Positions 8,483-18,053 are shown, counted from the first letter of the stretch. The stretch is 52,327 nt of DNA from Burkholderiales bacterium (GCA_046590325.1 JBKJUC010000103.1:1-52327), one strand, 5' to 3'. A program made the numbers and translations. The notes: generated by a model from the letters alone, not told the origin.

Positions 8483-8887
8483 TCAATGCTTCTTGCAAAA
8501 ATGCACCGACTGGAAACCGAGCCAACTCCAGGTGGTCGCGCGTGGCGGATCGTCGTCTTCGATGCGCCACGACTGCGGGCCGAAGAACGGGCCGGCGACC
8601 TGGTGTTCGCCCGGATCGCAAGCCTTCTCGCATTCGGGGACATGTTTCTGTGCTGCTTCAAGTGCTTTCTCGCGCCGCGAGTCGCGCGCGCGGTTGTAAG
8701 CCTCGAGTGCATCCTGTATCGCATCGTCGCCGATGCCGTTGCCAACCACTAATTCGTAAAAGAATTTTGCCATCGGCGGGCAGGCGAGCGCATCTTCGAT
8801 CGGCAGCGTCGCATAGGTTTTTTTCTTTTTGCCGCGCTTCTTGCCCCTGCTGTCAGCGCCGACCTTCCTGTCGCCCTTCTTTCCCAT
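8483..8887 (-). CDS. Hypothetical protein with Lys-rich N-terminus
   Basis: 134-aa ORF with GGAGA RBS upstream; fills an otherwise empty interval; no family recognised. Confidence 0.55.
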   Translation of the reverse strand: MGKKGDRKVGADSRGKKRGKKKKTYATLPIEDALACPPMAKFFYELVVGNGIGDDAIQDALEAYNRARDSRREKALEAAQKHVPECEKACDPGEHQVAGPFFGPQSWRIEDDDPPRATTWSWLGFQSVHFCKKH

Positions 8888-9061
8888 GACCGTCTCCAGA
8901 TGCCGTAAGAGATTCCCGATGAGTGGCCGCTAACCCGAATCGGTGCGAGCCTTTATATACACAGATTCGATTGCAGGCGCCATCTCGCGGCTGCGAGAAC
9001 GTGCGTGCCGTTGCTTATAATGATGTTGGACCCGAAGGATTTTTTCCAACCCCCGATTCAT

Positions 9062-9907
9062 ATGCCGAAATTCGCCGCCAACCTGCATTACCTGTTTGCC
9101 GAGGTTCCATTTCTCGATCGTTTCGAGGCGGCGGCGGAAGCCGGCTTCAAGGCCGTCGAGTTCCAGGTGCCGTATGACTACCCGAAAGCCGAGCTTGCCG
9201 CGCGCTTGAAGGCTCATGGCCTGAAGATGGTGCTGTTCGACGCCCCCATGGGCAGCTGGGACGCCGGTGATCGCGGCCTGACTGCAGTGCCTGGCCGCGA
9301 AGCGGAGTTTCGCGCCAGCCTGGCGAAAGTAGCGGAGTACGGCGAGGCGCTGCAGTGCGACACGGTGCACTCCATGGCCGGCGTGGTCGGTCCCGGACAG
9401 GACTACCAGGCCGCTGAACGCACTTATGTCGAAAACCTGCGATATGCCGCCGCCTTCCTGGAGCCGCGCGGCGTTGCCGTCGTCATCGAGCCCATCAACA
9501 AGAAGATGGGCATTGTGAAGAACGGCCCGGACTACACAACCCAGGGCATGCACGGCTATTTCCTGAATCATACCGAGCACGCCCGCCGGATCCTGGAGCA
9601 GGTCGGCCATCCCAATCTATTCCTGCACCTCGACATCTATCACATGCAGATGCTGGAGGGGCACCTGGGGGAGACCCTGGAGGCCCACATCGGCGTGACC
9701 CGTCATATCCAGATCGCCGGCGTGCCCGGACGCCACGAACCGACCGTTGGCGAGATCCATTACCCCTTCCTGTTCGACCTGCTGGACTCCCTGGGCTATG
9801 CCGGTTGGGTCGGCTGCGAATACCGGCCCAAGGGCAGTACCTGGGCTGGACTCGAATGGGGTACGAAGTATGGGATCAGCACCAGGGAGTCGAGTCGGAC
9901 GAAGTAA
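9062..9907 (+). CDS. Hydroxypyruvate isomerase family protein (Hyi/OtnI-like TIM barrel)
   Basis: MPKFAANL start, GFKAVEF, IEPIN, DIYHMQ, HIQIAGVPGRHEP, GWVGCEYRP motifs. Confidence 0.92.
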   Translation: MPKFAANLHYLFAEVPFLDRFEAAAEAGFKAVEFQVPYDYPKAELAARLKAHGLKMVLFDAPMGSWDAGDRGLTAVPGREAEFRASLAKVAEYGEALQCDTVHSMAGVVGPGQDYQAAERTYVENLRYAAAFLEPRGVAVVIEPINKKMGIVKNGPDYTTQGMHGYFLNHTEHARRILEQVGHPNLFLHLDIYHMQMLEGHLGETLEAHIGVTRHIQIAGVPGRHEPTVGEIHYPFLFDLLDSLGYAGWVGCEYRPKGSTWAGLEWGTKYGISTRESSRTK

Positions 9908-9916
9908 GTACTAACG

Positions 9917-10066
9917 GCCGTAAGAGCCGTGAATATCGTGAATGCCGGAAGGCACAAACGCGAAGGATCTGCGCGCTTTCGTGAGGCTAATCGCGCCAAT
10001 AGGTGCATGGAAGCCGTTACGACATTCACGATATTCACGGCACTCACGACAGTCACGACAGTCACG
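9917..10066. repeat. Palindromic element with 9-bp CGTGAATRY / RYATTCACG tandem arms
   Basis: Left GCCGTAAGAGCCGTGAATATCGTGAATGCCG; right ACGACATTCACGATATTCACGGCACTCACGACAGTCACGACAGTCACG. Confidence 0.8.
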
Positions 10067-10088
10067 TTTTTTTGCCCGGATTCCGGGC

Positions 10089-10122
10089 AAAAAAAAGAGG
10101 GCAGCCTTGCGGCGCCCTCTTT
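10089..10122 (-). terminator. Intrinsic terminator (minus strand)
   Basis: Minus strand AAAGAGGGCGCCGCAAGGCTGCCCTCTTTTTTTT: GC stem plus U8. Confidence 0.8.
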
Positions 10123-10210
10123 AAACCACGGTATCCCTAGAGGAGGAGGAGCGGATACGTGGGGGAGGAAGCTTTTCCCGTCGGGCCCGGCTTCCCGATC
10201 CGGGCCGTCT
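10089..10210 (-). ncRNA. Candidate 3'-UTR-derived sRNA with CUCCUCCUCCU loop
   Basis: Minus strand shows hairpin GGCCCGG..CCGGGCC, then UUCCUCCCC, then stem CCACG-UAUCC..GGAUAC-CGUGG enclosing GCUCCUCCUCCUCUAG, then the terminator. Confidence 0.45.
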
Positions 10211-10236
10211 TGCCTGAGTCGCTGCGTTGGGGCGGC

Positions 10237-10377
10237 TTACGGCAGGTAGGGGAAGGTGCTCGCGTCATGCGAAGCGGGGTCCAGAGCGCTCTCTGGCGTG
10301 GTTGTGGTGTTGGCCACCACCGTGTCGCGGAACTTCAATTCATAAAACCGGATCAGGGAATCAAGCAGCGTACCCAT
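10237..10377 (-). CDS. Unannotated 46-aa small protein
   Basis: GGAGGT RBS immediately before ATG; MGTLLDSLIRFYELKFRDTVVANTTTTPESALDPASHDASTFPYLP*; divergent from LysR gene and followed by a terminator. Confidence 0.6.
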   Translation of the reverse strand: MGTLLDSLIRFYELKFRDTVVANTTTTPESALDPASHDASTFPYLP

Positions 10378-10463
10378 ACGAACCTCCATCAAATCAGGCT
10401 GCATCCATCACTTCAGATGCCACAGTTCGCAATGTACGCTCATGCAAATAAATCGCCTAGATC

Positions 10464-10480
10464 ATCATGAAGCATATGAT
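10464..10480. promoter_or_regulatory. Dyad ATCAT-N7-ATGAT, candidate LysR operator
   Basis: Interrupted palindrome in the AT-rich divergent intergenic region between the small ORF and the LysR gene. Confidence 0.4.
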
Positions 10481-10530
10481 TTATGCAAATTTGATGATAA
10501 ATTATCAGGAGCTATTTTTGAAGGCAGGTG

Positions 10531-11481
10531 ATGGACAGACTCTACCAGATGCGGCTCTACACCCGGGTGGTCGAGACCGGAAGCTTCTCTGCGGTGGCCC
10601 GCGAACTGGGCACGATCCAGCCCACCATTAGCAAGCAACTTACTAGTTTAGAAGAACATTTAGGCGTCCGCCTGCTAAACCGGACCACCCGCCAGCTAAG
10701 CCCGACCGAAGCCGGCCGCAAGTACTACGAGCGCTGCAAGCGCATACTCGACGAGGTATCGGACCTCGAAGGCAGCCTGTCGGACCTGCAAACCCGGCCG
10801 ACAGGCATGTTAAGGGTCCATGCGGCCGTGGCATTTGGCCAGCTTTATATCCTCCCGGTGATGTTCAAGTTCCGGCGCCTTTACCCCGGTCTGGCCATCG
10901 ATCTGATGTTGTCCGACCGCTACGTAGACGTAATCCAGGAAGGCGTGGACGTGGCCATTCGCTTTGGCGAACTGCGCGACTCTCAACTCGTGGCCCGGCG
11001 AATCGGCGGCTCGACACGGGTCTGCGTGGCGAGTCCCGCTTACCTGCGCGCCCGGGGCACGCCGAAATCGCCGGGCGAGTTGTTCTCGCACAATTGCATT
11101 ACCTACAACTACCTGTTCAGCAATGAGTGGGAGTTCGACACCGGCAAGGGGCCGACTACGGTCCGGGTCGGGGGCGACTTCCGCGCTAACAGCGCCCTCA
11201 CCATCCGAGCGGCGGCGCTTGAGGGCATCGGCATCGCGCATATGCCTACCATGTTCGTGCAGGAAGACATCGATAAGGGTCGCCTGGTGCGCGTGCTGGA
11301 AGACTATGGCCCGCCCGCGGTGGACGTGCACGCGATCTACCCATCGGCGCGTTTTCTTTCCGGCAAGGTGCGCCTGTTCCTGGATTTCGTAAGCGAAGAA
11401 TTCAAGAACGCGCCCGCGCTGCAGGTCGATACCAAAAAGCCGAAGCGCGTGCCGCGCATCCGCGCCAAGGTTTCTTCTTAA
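10531..11481 (+). CDS. LysR family transcriptional regulator (CrgA/DmlR-like)
   Basis: GSFSAVARELG..QPTISKQLTSLEEHLGVRLLNRTTRQLSPTEAG HTH; EGVDVAIR; substrate-binding domain. Confidence 0.95.
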   Translation: MDRLYQMRLYTRVVETGSFSAVARELGTIQPTISKQLTSLEEHLGVRLLNRTTRQLSPTEAGRKYYERCKRILDEVSDLEGSLSDLQTRPTGMLRVHAAVAFGQLYILPVMFKFRRLYPGLAIDLMLSDRYVDVIQEGVDVAIRFGELRDSQLVARRIGGSTRVCVASPAYLRARGTPKSPGELFSHNCITYNYLFSNEWEFDTGKGPTTVRVGGDFRANSALTIRAAALEGIGIAHMPTMFVQEDIDKGRLVRVLEDYGPPAVDVHAIYPSARFLSGKVRLFLDFVSEEFKNAPALQVDTKKPKRVPRIRAKVSS

Positions 11482-11499
11482 TTGGAACGGGATCGAGCT

Positions 11500-12000
11500 A
11501 TGAGCGGGGAATCACCGAAGCAACTGGAAATCCGCAGCGCCGATGCGAAGGACCTGGCCATCATTCTCACTTTTATCCGGGAACTCGCCGAGTATGAGCA
11601 CCTGAGCCACCTGGTCACGGCCAGCGAAGAGGGATTGGGCGAATCGTTGTTCGGTAAGCAACCGGGCGCTGAAGTCGTGCTGGCTTTCGAAGGCAACGAG
11701 CCAGCCGGCTTCGCGGTCTTTTTCCACAATTTCTCCACATTCCTTGGCGTCAGGGGTTTGTGGCTGGAGGATCTGTTCGTGCGGCCCGCCTTCCGCGGCC
11801 GCGGCTACGGCAAAGCGTTGCTGCTTCACGTCGCGCGCATTGCCTGCGAGCGCGGCTGCGGCCGCTTAGAGTGGTCCGTCCTCGACTGGAACGAACCGTC
11901 GATCCGCTTCTACAAGTCGCTCGGCGCGCAGCCGCTGGACGACTGGACCATCATGCGCGTCACTGGTCACGCGCTTGAAGACCTCGCACGGATGAAATGA
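11500..12000 (+). CDS. GNAT family N-acetyltransferase (spermidine/spermine acetyltransferase-like)
   Basis: LWLEDLFVRPAFRGRGYGKALL, RLEWSVLDWNEPSIRFYKSLGA. Confidence 0.92.
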   Translation: MSGESPKQLEIRSADAKDLAIILTFIRELAEYEHLSHLVTASEEGLGESLFGKQPGAEVVLAFEGNEPAGFAVFFHNFSTFLGVRGLWLEDLFVRPAFRGRGYGKALLLHVARIACERGCGRLEWSVLDWNEPSIRFYKSLGAQPLDDWTIMRVTGHALEDLARMK

Positions 12001-12017
12001 TTCGCCCGTCTACCTCC

Positions 12018-12208
12018 TTTCACCGCAAAGACGCAAAGGGCGCAAAGGAATGCATAAGAAAATCGACAATCCCGAGGAGAGTAAACACCCAGCATGTCGA
12101 TATCACTGCCGATCTATTGTCTGATGAAATGTGGCATCGGCTTGCAGTCTCCCTTTCCACGCAATTGCTTTGGCCTTCCTTTGCGACCTTTGCGCCTTTG
12201 CGGTGAAA
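12018..12208. repeat. Palindromic element with 33-bp terminal inverted repeats of 9-bp CGCAAAG-type units
   Basis: TTTCACCGCAAAGACGCAAAGGGCGCAAAGGAA ... TTCCTTTGCGACCTTTGCGCCTTTGCGGTGAAA. Confidence 0.85.
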
Positions 12209-12423
12209 ATGGGCTTGGTACCCGCAGCAAGAACCGTGTGAGTGAAACCTTTGTCATGGCTGCCGTAAATAAAACCCTTGTAACCGGGGCGGGGGGTGGC
12301 ACTACAATACGCGCCGTGATCGGACGTGCCCGCAATTGCATCGAACTCCGGATGGCTGAAGCCCTCCAAGGGGCGTTGTCCCCCGAAAATTCCCAGGCCC
12401 GTCCTAACCAGAACCGTGTCGAT

Positions 12424-12447
12424 GCCGTCCCCGCGGACGGCTTTTTT
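12424..12447 (+). terminator. Terminator-like hairpin 30 nt upstream of parE
   Basis: GCCGTCC-CCGC-GGACGGC followed by TTTTTT. Confidence 0.6.
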
Positions 12448-12476
12448 ATTTCCTGCAGTATCGTGATCCGCTGACG

Positions 12477-14465
12477 ATGGCAAAGAAACCGAACAGCTAT
12501 ACCGCAGAAGACATCGAGATCCTCGAGGACCTGTCGCCGATCCTGCACCGGCCGGGGATGTACACCGATCCGGTGAACCCGAACCACGCACTGGTCGAGA
12601 TCATCGACAATTCCGCCGACGAAGGTCTCGCCGGTTACGCCAGGAACGTGCAAATCGTACTCTACGAGGACGGCTCGGCGGAGGTGACCGACGACGGCCG
12701 TGGCATCCCGGTCGACATCCATCCCAAGAAAAAAGTGCCCGCGGTACAGGTGATCTTCACCACGCTGCATTCCGGCGGCAAGTTCCGCAAGACCGACAAG
12801 GACGCGGCGTATCGCATCGCCGGCGGCCTGCACGGCGTGGGCGTGTGCGTGCCGAATGCGCTCTCCACGAAGCTGGAGGTCGAAGTGAAGCGCGACGGCG
12901 AACGCAGCCGCATCGTGTTCGCCGACAACGGCAAGGTGAAGGAGCCCCTGAAGAAGCTGGAAAAGATCGGCCCGCGCGACACCGGCACGCGGGTGCGCTT
13001 CTGGCCCGACGCCAAATATTTCGACTCGCCGAAAATCGTCATCAACGACATCGCGCTGCTGCTTCGCGCCAAGGCCATGCTGCTGCCGGGTGTGCGCTTC
13101 TCGCTCGGTGTCGAAAAGAACAAAAAAATCGAGACCCAGACCTGGCATTTTCCGGAAGGCATCAAGGGTTACTTTGCGACGGCGATCGAGGGCAACGATC
13201 CGGTCGCCAGCACCTTCCTCGGCGAGCGTTACGTCACCGCGCAGTCGGAGTCCGACAGCTTTGCCGAAGGCGAGGGCGCCATGTGGGCCATCGCCTGGAC
13301 GCCGGACGGCGAACTGGTCAATGAAGCCTACGTCAATATGATTCCCACGCGCCACGGCGGCACGCATGTCTCCGGCCTGCGCGAAGGCGTGTACAACGCC
13401 ATCAGGAACTTCATCGACCTGCACGCGATGGGCCAGCGCGGCCTGAAAGTGGTGCCCGAAGATGTCTGGTCGCGCGCCTCCTACGTCCTGGCGGTCAAGA
13501 TGCTTGACCCGCAGTTCAAGGGTCAGGTGAAGAACGAACTGATCTCGCGCGACGGCGTGAAGCTGATCGCGCAGATGGTGCGGGATCCCTTCGAGCTGTG
13601 GCTCAACCAGCACGTGGACGAGGGCAAGCGCATCGCCGAGCTGGTCATCAGCCAGGCCAGCGCGCGCACGCGTGCGGCGCAGAAAGTGGAGCGGCGCAAG
13701 TCCTCCGGCGTCGCGGTGCTGCCGGGCAAGCTCACCGACTGCGCCTCCGACGATCCGGACCGCAATGAGATGTTCATCGTCGAAGGCGATTCCGCCGGCG
13801 GCTCGGCGAAGCAGGCGCGCGACAAGGAATTCCAGGCCGTGCTGCCGCTCAAGGGCAAGCCGAAGAACACCTGGCAGGACAGTCCCGACACGCTCTACGC
13901 CAACAAGGAAATCGAAGCCATCGCCCTGGCGATCGGCGTCGACCATCACAAGCCCGGCGACAACGTCGATCTCTCCGGGCTGCGCTACCGGAAGATCATC
14001 ATCCTTGCCGACGCGGACGTGGATGGCGCCCATATCCAGGTGCTGCTGCTGACGCTGTTCTTCAAGCATTTCCCCAAACTGATCGACAACGGCAACGTCT
14101 ATGTCGCCCAGCCGCCGCTGTTCCGCATCGACGTTCCCTCGCACGGCAAAGGCAAGCCCGCTCGAAAACTGTATGCACTGGACAAGCAGGAACTCGAAGG
14201 CATCGAGGAAAAGCTCGAGGATGAGGGCGTGCGTCCCGGTTCCTGGACCGTCAGCCGCTTCAAGGGCCTCGGCGAAATGAATCCGGAACAATTGTGGGAA
14301 ACCACACTCAATCCCGATACGCGGCGCATGCTGCCCGTGGCGCTCGATGCCGGGACCGATATCTCCGTGGACATTTTCAACATGATGATGTCCCGCGAAA
14401 ATGCCTCGCAGCGCCGGGAGTGGATGGAAACGTACGGGAACCTCGTCGAAGCGGATATTTCATAG
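12477..14465 (+). CDS. parE: DNA topoisomerase IV subunit B
   Basis: RPGMY, EIIDNSADE, DDGRGIP, GGLHGVG, VEGDSAGGSAKQ, DADVDGAHI, RFKGLGEMNPEQLWETT; 662 aa without the GyrB insertion; adjacent to parC. Confidence 0.95.
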   Translation: MAKKPNSYTAEDIEILEDLSPILHRPGMYTDPVNPNHALVEIIDNSADEGLAGYARNVQIVLYEDGSAEVTDDGRGIPVDIHPKKKVPAVQVIFTTLHSGGKFRKTDKDAAYRIAGGLHGVGVCVPNALSTKLEVEVKRDGERSRIVFADNGKVKEPLKKLEKIGPRDTGTRVRFWPDAKYFDSPKIVINDIALLLRAKAMLLPGVRFSLGVEKNKKIETQTWHFPEGIKGYFATAIEGNDPVASTFLGERYVTAQSESDSFAEGEGAMWAIAWTPDGELVNEAYVNMIPTRHGGTHVSGLREGVYNAIRNFIDLHAMGQRGLKVVPEDVWSRASYVLAVKMLDPQFKGQVKNELISRDGVKLIAQMVRDPFELWLNQHVDEGKRIAELVISQASARTRAAQKVERRKSSGVAVLPGKLTDCASDDPDRNEMFIVEGDSAGGSAKQARDKEFQAVLPLKGKPKNTWQDSPDTLYANKEIEAIALAIGVDHHKPGDNVDLSGLRYRKIIILADADVDGAHIQVLLLTLFFKHFPKLIDNGNVYVAQPPLFRIDVPSHGKGKPARKLYALDKQELEGIEEKLEDEGVRPGSWTVSRFKGLGEMNPEQLWETTLNPDTRRMLPVALDAGTDISVDIFNMMMSRENASQRREWMETYGNLVEADIS

Positions 14466-14600
14466 GTGCTGCGCGCTGAGAGAAAGAGAAATCTTGAAAA
14501 TGCAGTTCACTATCTTTTCTTTTCGTTCGCTGGCTGGCTGCGCATCACGCAGCACTTAGATGCCGCTCTTTCCCGGCACCCGGCACACAGCATTCAGCCC
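14466..14600. repeat. Degenerate 7-bp-unit palindromic element (GGTGCTG / CAGCACC type)
   Basis: GGTGCTGCGCGCTGAG ... CCCGGCACCCGGCACACAGCATTCAGC between parE and parC. Confidence 0.5.
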
Positions 14601-14608
14601 CTTCGTTT

Positions 14609-17020
14609 ATGACTGACCAGAAAGACCTGTTTGGTTCCAGCGAAAACGCAGGCACCGAAAAGAAAATGAAGAAAAAAGACTCCCCGCCGCCAGGAGGCGG
14701 CGATGGCGGCGGTTTGCCGCCGCATTTCGCGCCGATCACCGGCGACTTCGGCGATTCGCTGCCGCTCGGCAAGTACGCGTCGACCCAATACCTGCAATAC
14801 GCAATCGCCACGGTGAAGGATCGCGCGCTGCCGCGCGTGGCCGATGGTCAGAAGCCGGTGCAGGGCCGCATCCTCTATTCGATGTGGACCACAAATACGC
14901 GCGCCGGAACCAAGCGCACCAAGTCGGCGGCGGTGGTCGGTGAGGTGCTCGGCAAGCTGCACCCGCACGGCGACCAGTCGGTGTACGACGCGCTGGTGCG
15001 CCTGGCGCAGGACTTCACCATGCGCTACCCGCTGATCGACGGCGAAGGCAATTTCGGCTCGCGCGACGGCGACGAAGCGGCGGCCTACCGCTACACCGAG
15101 GCGCGCCTGACGAAGTTCGCTGAAGTGCTGCTGTCGGAAATCGATCTCGGCACGGTGGACTTCATCCCGAACTACGACGGCACGCGCGAGGAGCCGACGG
15201 TCTTGCCCGCGCGCCTGCCGGTGGTGCTGCTTAACGGCGCTTCCGGCATCGCGGTCGGCATGGCGACGGAAATCCCCAGCCACAATCTGAACGAAGTCTC
15301 GGCGGCGGCGATCGCGATGATCCGCGATCCCGAGCTCAACATCACCGGCCTGATGAAGTACATCAAGGGGCCGGATTTTCCGGGCGGCGCGCAGATCATC
15401 ACGCCGCGCGCGGAAATGAAGGAGGCTTACACCAGCGGCCGTGGTTCGGTGCGCGTGCGCGCGCGCTGGAATATCGAACGCCTCGCGCGCGGGCAGTGGC
15501 AGATGGTTGTGCATGAACTGCCGCCCGGCACGTCCGCCAAGAAAGTGTTGGAGGAAATCGACGCCATCACCAACCCGCAGACGAAGCCCGGCAAGAAATC
15601 GCTGACGCCGGAGCAGACCCGTGAAAAGCAGCTGGTGCTGTCCATGCTCGACAAGGCGCGCGACGAGTCCGATCGCACGCATCCCGTGCGCCTGGTGTTC
15701 GAGCCCAAGACCTCGAAGGTCGACGAGACCGAATTCGTCAACCTCCTGCTGGCCAAGACCGGCATGGAAGGCAACGTGCCGATCAACCTCGTGATGGTGG
15801 GCCTGGACGGCCGCCCCACGAGCAAGAATCTGCGCGACATCATCGCGGAATGGATCCGGTTCCGCCTCGCCACGGTCACTCGCCGCACGAAGCATCGCCT
15901 GGAGCAGGTGCTGGACCGCATCCACGTCCTCGAAGGCCGCATGATCGTGCTGCTGAACGTGGACAAAGTCATCAAGATCATCCGCAACGCGGACGATCCC
16001 AAGGCCGAGCTGATCAAGGCCTTTAAGCTTTCGGAGCGCCAGGCCGACGACATTCTCGACATCCGCCTGCGGCAGCTGGCGAAGCTCGAGCACATCAAGA
16101 TCGAGCAGGAACTCAAGGATTTGCAGAAGGAGCAGAAGGACCTCGATAAAATCCTCAAAAACCGCAAGACGCTTGAAGACTTGGTGGTCTCCGAGATCGA
16201 GGAAGACACCAAGACCTTCGGCGACAAGCGCCGCACCCGCCTCGAGGAGGCCGAGAAGGCCGAGATCGAAACGCCGGTGATCGACGAGCCGGTGACTGTG
16301 ATTTTCTCGAAGAAGGGCTGGGTCCGCGCCCGTCAAGGCTGGGAAGTCGATCCCGGCTCGCTGTCCTTCAAGGAAGGCGACAGCCTTTCCACCCTGCTCA
16401 AATGCCGCACCGTGGATCCGGTGGTGTTCCTGGATTCAAAGGGCAGGGCCTACACCGTGGAGGCGGCGCAACTGCCGCCCGCGCGCGGCGACGGCGTGCC
16501 GGCTTCATCGCTGGTCGAAGTGCAGGACGGCGCGCATATTCTCTATGCGCTGAGCGGCAAGCCGGCTGCAAGGGTGCTGGTCGCAACGACTGGCGGCTAC
16601 GGCTTCCTGTCGAAAGTCGGCGATATGATCTCCAATCGCAAGGCGGGGCGCGAGTTCATGACCGTCGACGAAGGCCACACGCCGCTGAAGCCTTTTGAAT
16701 ACGAAGAGTCCAAGGGCAACTTCGTCGCGGCGCTATCGGAAGGGGGCCGCCTGCTGCTGTTCGCCATCGACGAACTGAAGTACCAGCCCCGCGGCCGCGG
16801 CACCATCGTCATGGGCCTCGACGAGGAAGACACGCTGTTCGCCGTCGCCGTGCACAACAAGCCCGAGCTCATCGTCAAGGGCAAGATCCGCGGCGGCAAG
16901 GAGAAAGAGTTCCACTTCAAGGGCGACAAGCTCACTCATTACGTCCTCAAACGCGCCCGCATGGGACGGGTCGTGTCCGGCGTCAACATCTCCACCGAGT
17001 TGAGCATTCCAAAGGATTAG
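14609..17020 (+). CDS. parC: DNA topoisomerase IV subunit A
   Basis: [34 protein letters not shown], catalytic [28 protein letters not shown]; no GyrA-box. Confidence 0.95.
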   Translation: MTDQKDLFGSSENAGTEKKMKKKDSPPPGGGDGGGLPPHFAPITGDFGDSLPLGKYASTQYLQYAIATVKDRALPRVADGQKPVQGRILYSMWTTNTRAGTKRTKSAAVVGEVLGKLHPHGDQSVYDALVRLAQDFTMRYPLIDGEGNFGSRDGDEAAAYRYTEARLTKFAEVLLSEIDLGTVDFIPNYDGTREEPTVLPARLPVVLLNGASGIAVGMATEIPSHNLNEVSAAAIAMIRDPELNITGLMKYIKGPDFPGGAQIITPRAEMKEAYTSGRGSVRVRARWNIERLARGQWQMVVHELPPGTSAKKVLEEIDAITNPQTKPGKKSLTPEQTREKQLVLSMLDKARDESDRTHPVRLVFEPKTSKVDETEFVNLLLAKTGMEGNVPINLVMVGLDGRPTSKNLRDIIAEWIRFRLATVTRRTKHRLEQVLDRIHVLEGRMIVLLNVDKVIKIIRNADDPKAELIKAFKLSERQADDILDIRLRQLAKLEHIKIEQELKDLQKEQKDLDKILKNRKTLEDLVVSEIEEDTKTFGDKRRTRLEEAEKAEIETPVIDEPVTVIFSKKGWVRARQGWEVDPGSLSFKEGDSLSTLLKCRTVDPVVFLDSKGRAYTVEAAQLPPARGDGVPASSLVEVQDGAHILYALSGKPAARVLVATTGGYGFLSKVGDMISNRKAGREFMTVDEGHTPLKPFEYEESKGNFVAALSEGGRLLLFAIDELKYQPRGRGTIVMGLDEEDTLFAVAVHNKPELIVKGKIRGGKEKEFHFKGDKLTHYVLKRARMGRVVSGVNISTELSIPKD

Positions 17021-17024
17021 TGCT

Positions 17025-17084
17025 TTACGGCGTTCTTACCGCGCACCAGGAAGCAGCTTCGTGGTGCGCGGTAGATGCCGTGAA
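17025..17084. repeat. REP-like long hairpin between convergent parC and MOSC genes
   Basis: TTACGGCGTTCTTACCGCGCACCA ... TGGTGCGCGGTAGATGCCGTGAA. Confidence 0.6.
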
Positions 17085-17108
17085 TCGGTCAAGTGCGCGC
17101 AGTAGGCG

Positions 17109-18053
17109 TTAAGGTTTGGCGATGACAGCGTCGCGGCCGGCGCCGCAGTCGGGACAGCGATAGCGTTCAGGCAGGTCCTGGGCCGATGACCACGCGGGAT
17201 TCAGCCTGCGCGGATCAAACAGGAAATAGCAGGCGGTGCAGATCAGCAGGTTCGCGCCTTCCGCGGCGGGAGTGCCTGCGTAGCGCCCGGCGCCGACCCC
17301 CGGCTCGACTTCCACCCGGTCGCCCCTCTTCAGAACGCCAGCGTGAGTCAATTTCAGATAGACGCCCAGGTCCTTGTGGCCGAACTCGGTGCGCAGCCGG
17401 CCGGGCACGTCGCGGTCGCGTACACCGGACACCGGATTGACATTAGTGGCGGCGCAGCGGCCGTTGCGCTGCGTGACTTCGGCAAAGGTGCCACCCAACT
17501 GGATCTCGCGGCCCACCCAGTCCAGTTCGCGGAACGGTTCGGCGCCGTCGATATAGATGTTGGCGCGAAAGCGCAGCGGATCGAGGCCGACGTCCCAGCG
17601 CTTTTCCAGTTCCCGCACGCTGGCCAGGTTGATGAGCGAAACGTACTTCTCGGCTTTGTCGGTGAACTGGTGGCCGGGTGATTCCACCAGGCGTGGCGGC
17701 GCACTCAGGCGCTGCGGAAGGTAAGCCAGAAAAAATTCTCCTAGCGCGTTGCGGCCTGCCGCGTCGTCCAGGGCGAACGCGAGTTCCTGCCCATCCGGGG
17801 TGCGCAGGTTCAGGCGCTTGCCCTGCTCCGTGTAGCGGGTACCCAGCGCGGCGACCTGCTCATGGAGCATCAGCATCACGAAATTCGCCTTTGGCAGCCA
17901 TGCCGGCGCAGCCCGGTCGAAGGCGGCGTCGGTGCGCAACAGGGCGTATATGCGGTCGAGCGGAAACCCTTCGCCGGCAGCGACTTGCACCGATTCCAGG
18001 CGCTCGGGGCTGAGGCCTTTTACGGGGTAACGGTAGAGACTTGCGATGTGCAT
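17109..18053 (-). CDS. MOSC domain protein with C-terminal rubredoxin-like domain
   Basis: LYRYPVKG (MOSC_N), RFRANIYIDG, RCAATNVNP (Moco Cys), then CTACYFLFDP...LPERYRCPDCGA. Confidence 0.88.
   Translation of the reverse strand: MHIASLYRYPVKGLSPERLESVQVAAGEGFPLDRIYALLRTDAAFDRAAPAWLPKANFVMLMLHEQVAALGTRYTEQGKRLNLRTPDGQELAFALDDAAGRNALGEFFLAYLPQRLSAPPRLVESPGHQFTDKAEKYVSLINLASVRELEKRWDVGLDPLRFRANIYIDGAEPFRELDWVGREIQLGGTFAEVTQRNGRCAATNVNPVSGVRDRDVPGRLRTEFGHKDLGVYLKLTHAGVLKRGDRVEVEPGVGAGRYAGTPAAEGANLLICTACYFLFDPRRLNPAWSSAQDLPERYRCPDCGAGRDAVIAKP

Noticed and set aside
9917-10066. CRISPR array, considered here and at the other repeat loci
   Set aside because: Units are 7-9 bp in direct tandem with no unique spacers of regular length, and no cas genes are present.
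11997-12206. 69-aa ORF (HRKDAKGAK...FATFAPLR) and similar ORFs at 9929, 18046 and 45553
   Set aside because: They are translations of the palindromic repeat elements, with no independent coding evidence.
12114-16336. Long antisense ORFs (725 aa, 580 aa; also 46910-48730 and 18949-20199)
   Set aside because: Shadow frames opposite well-supported genes, expected in high-GC DNA.
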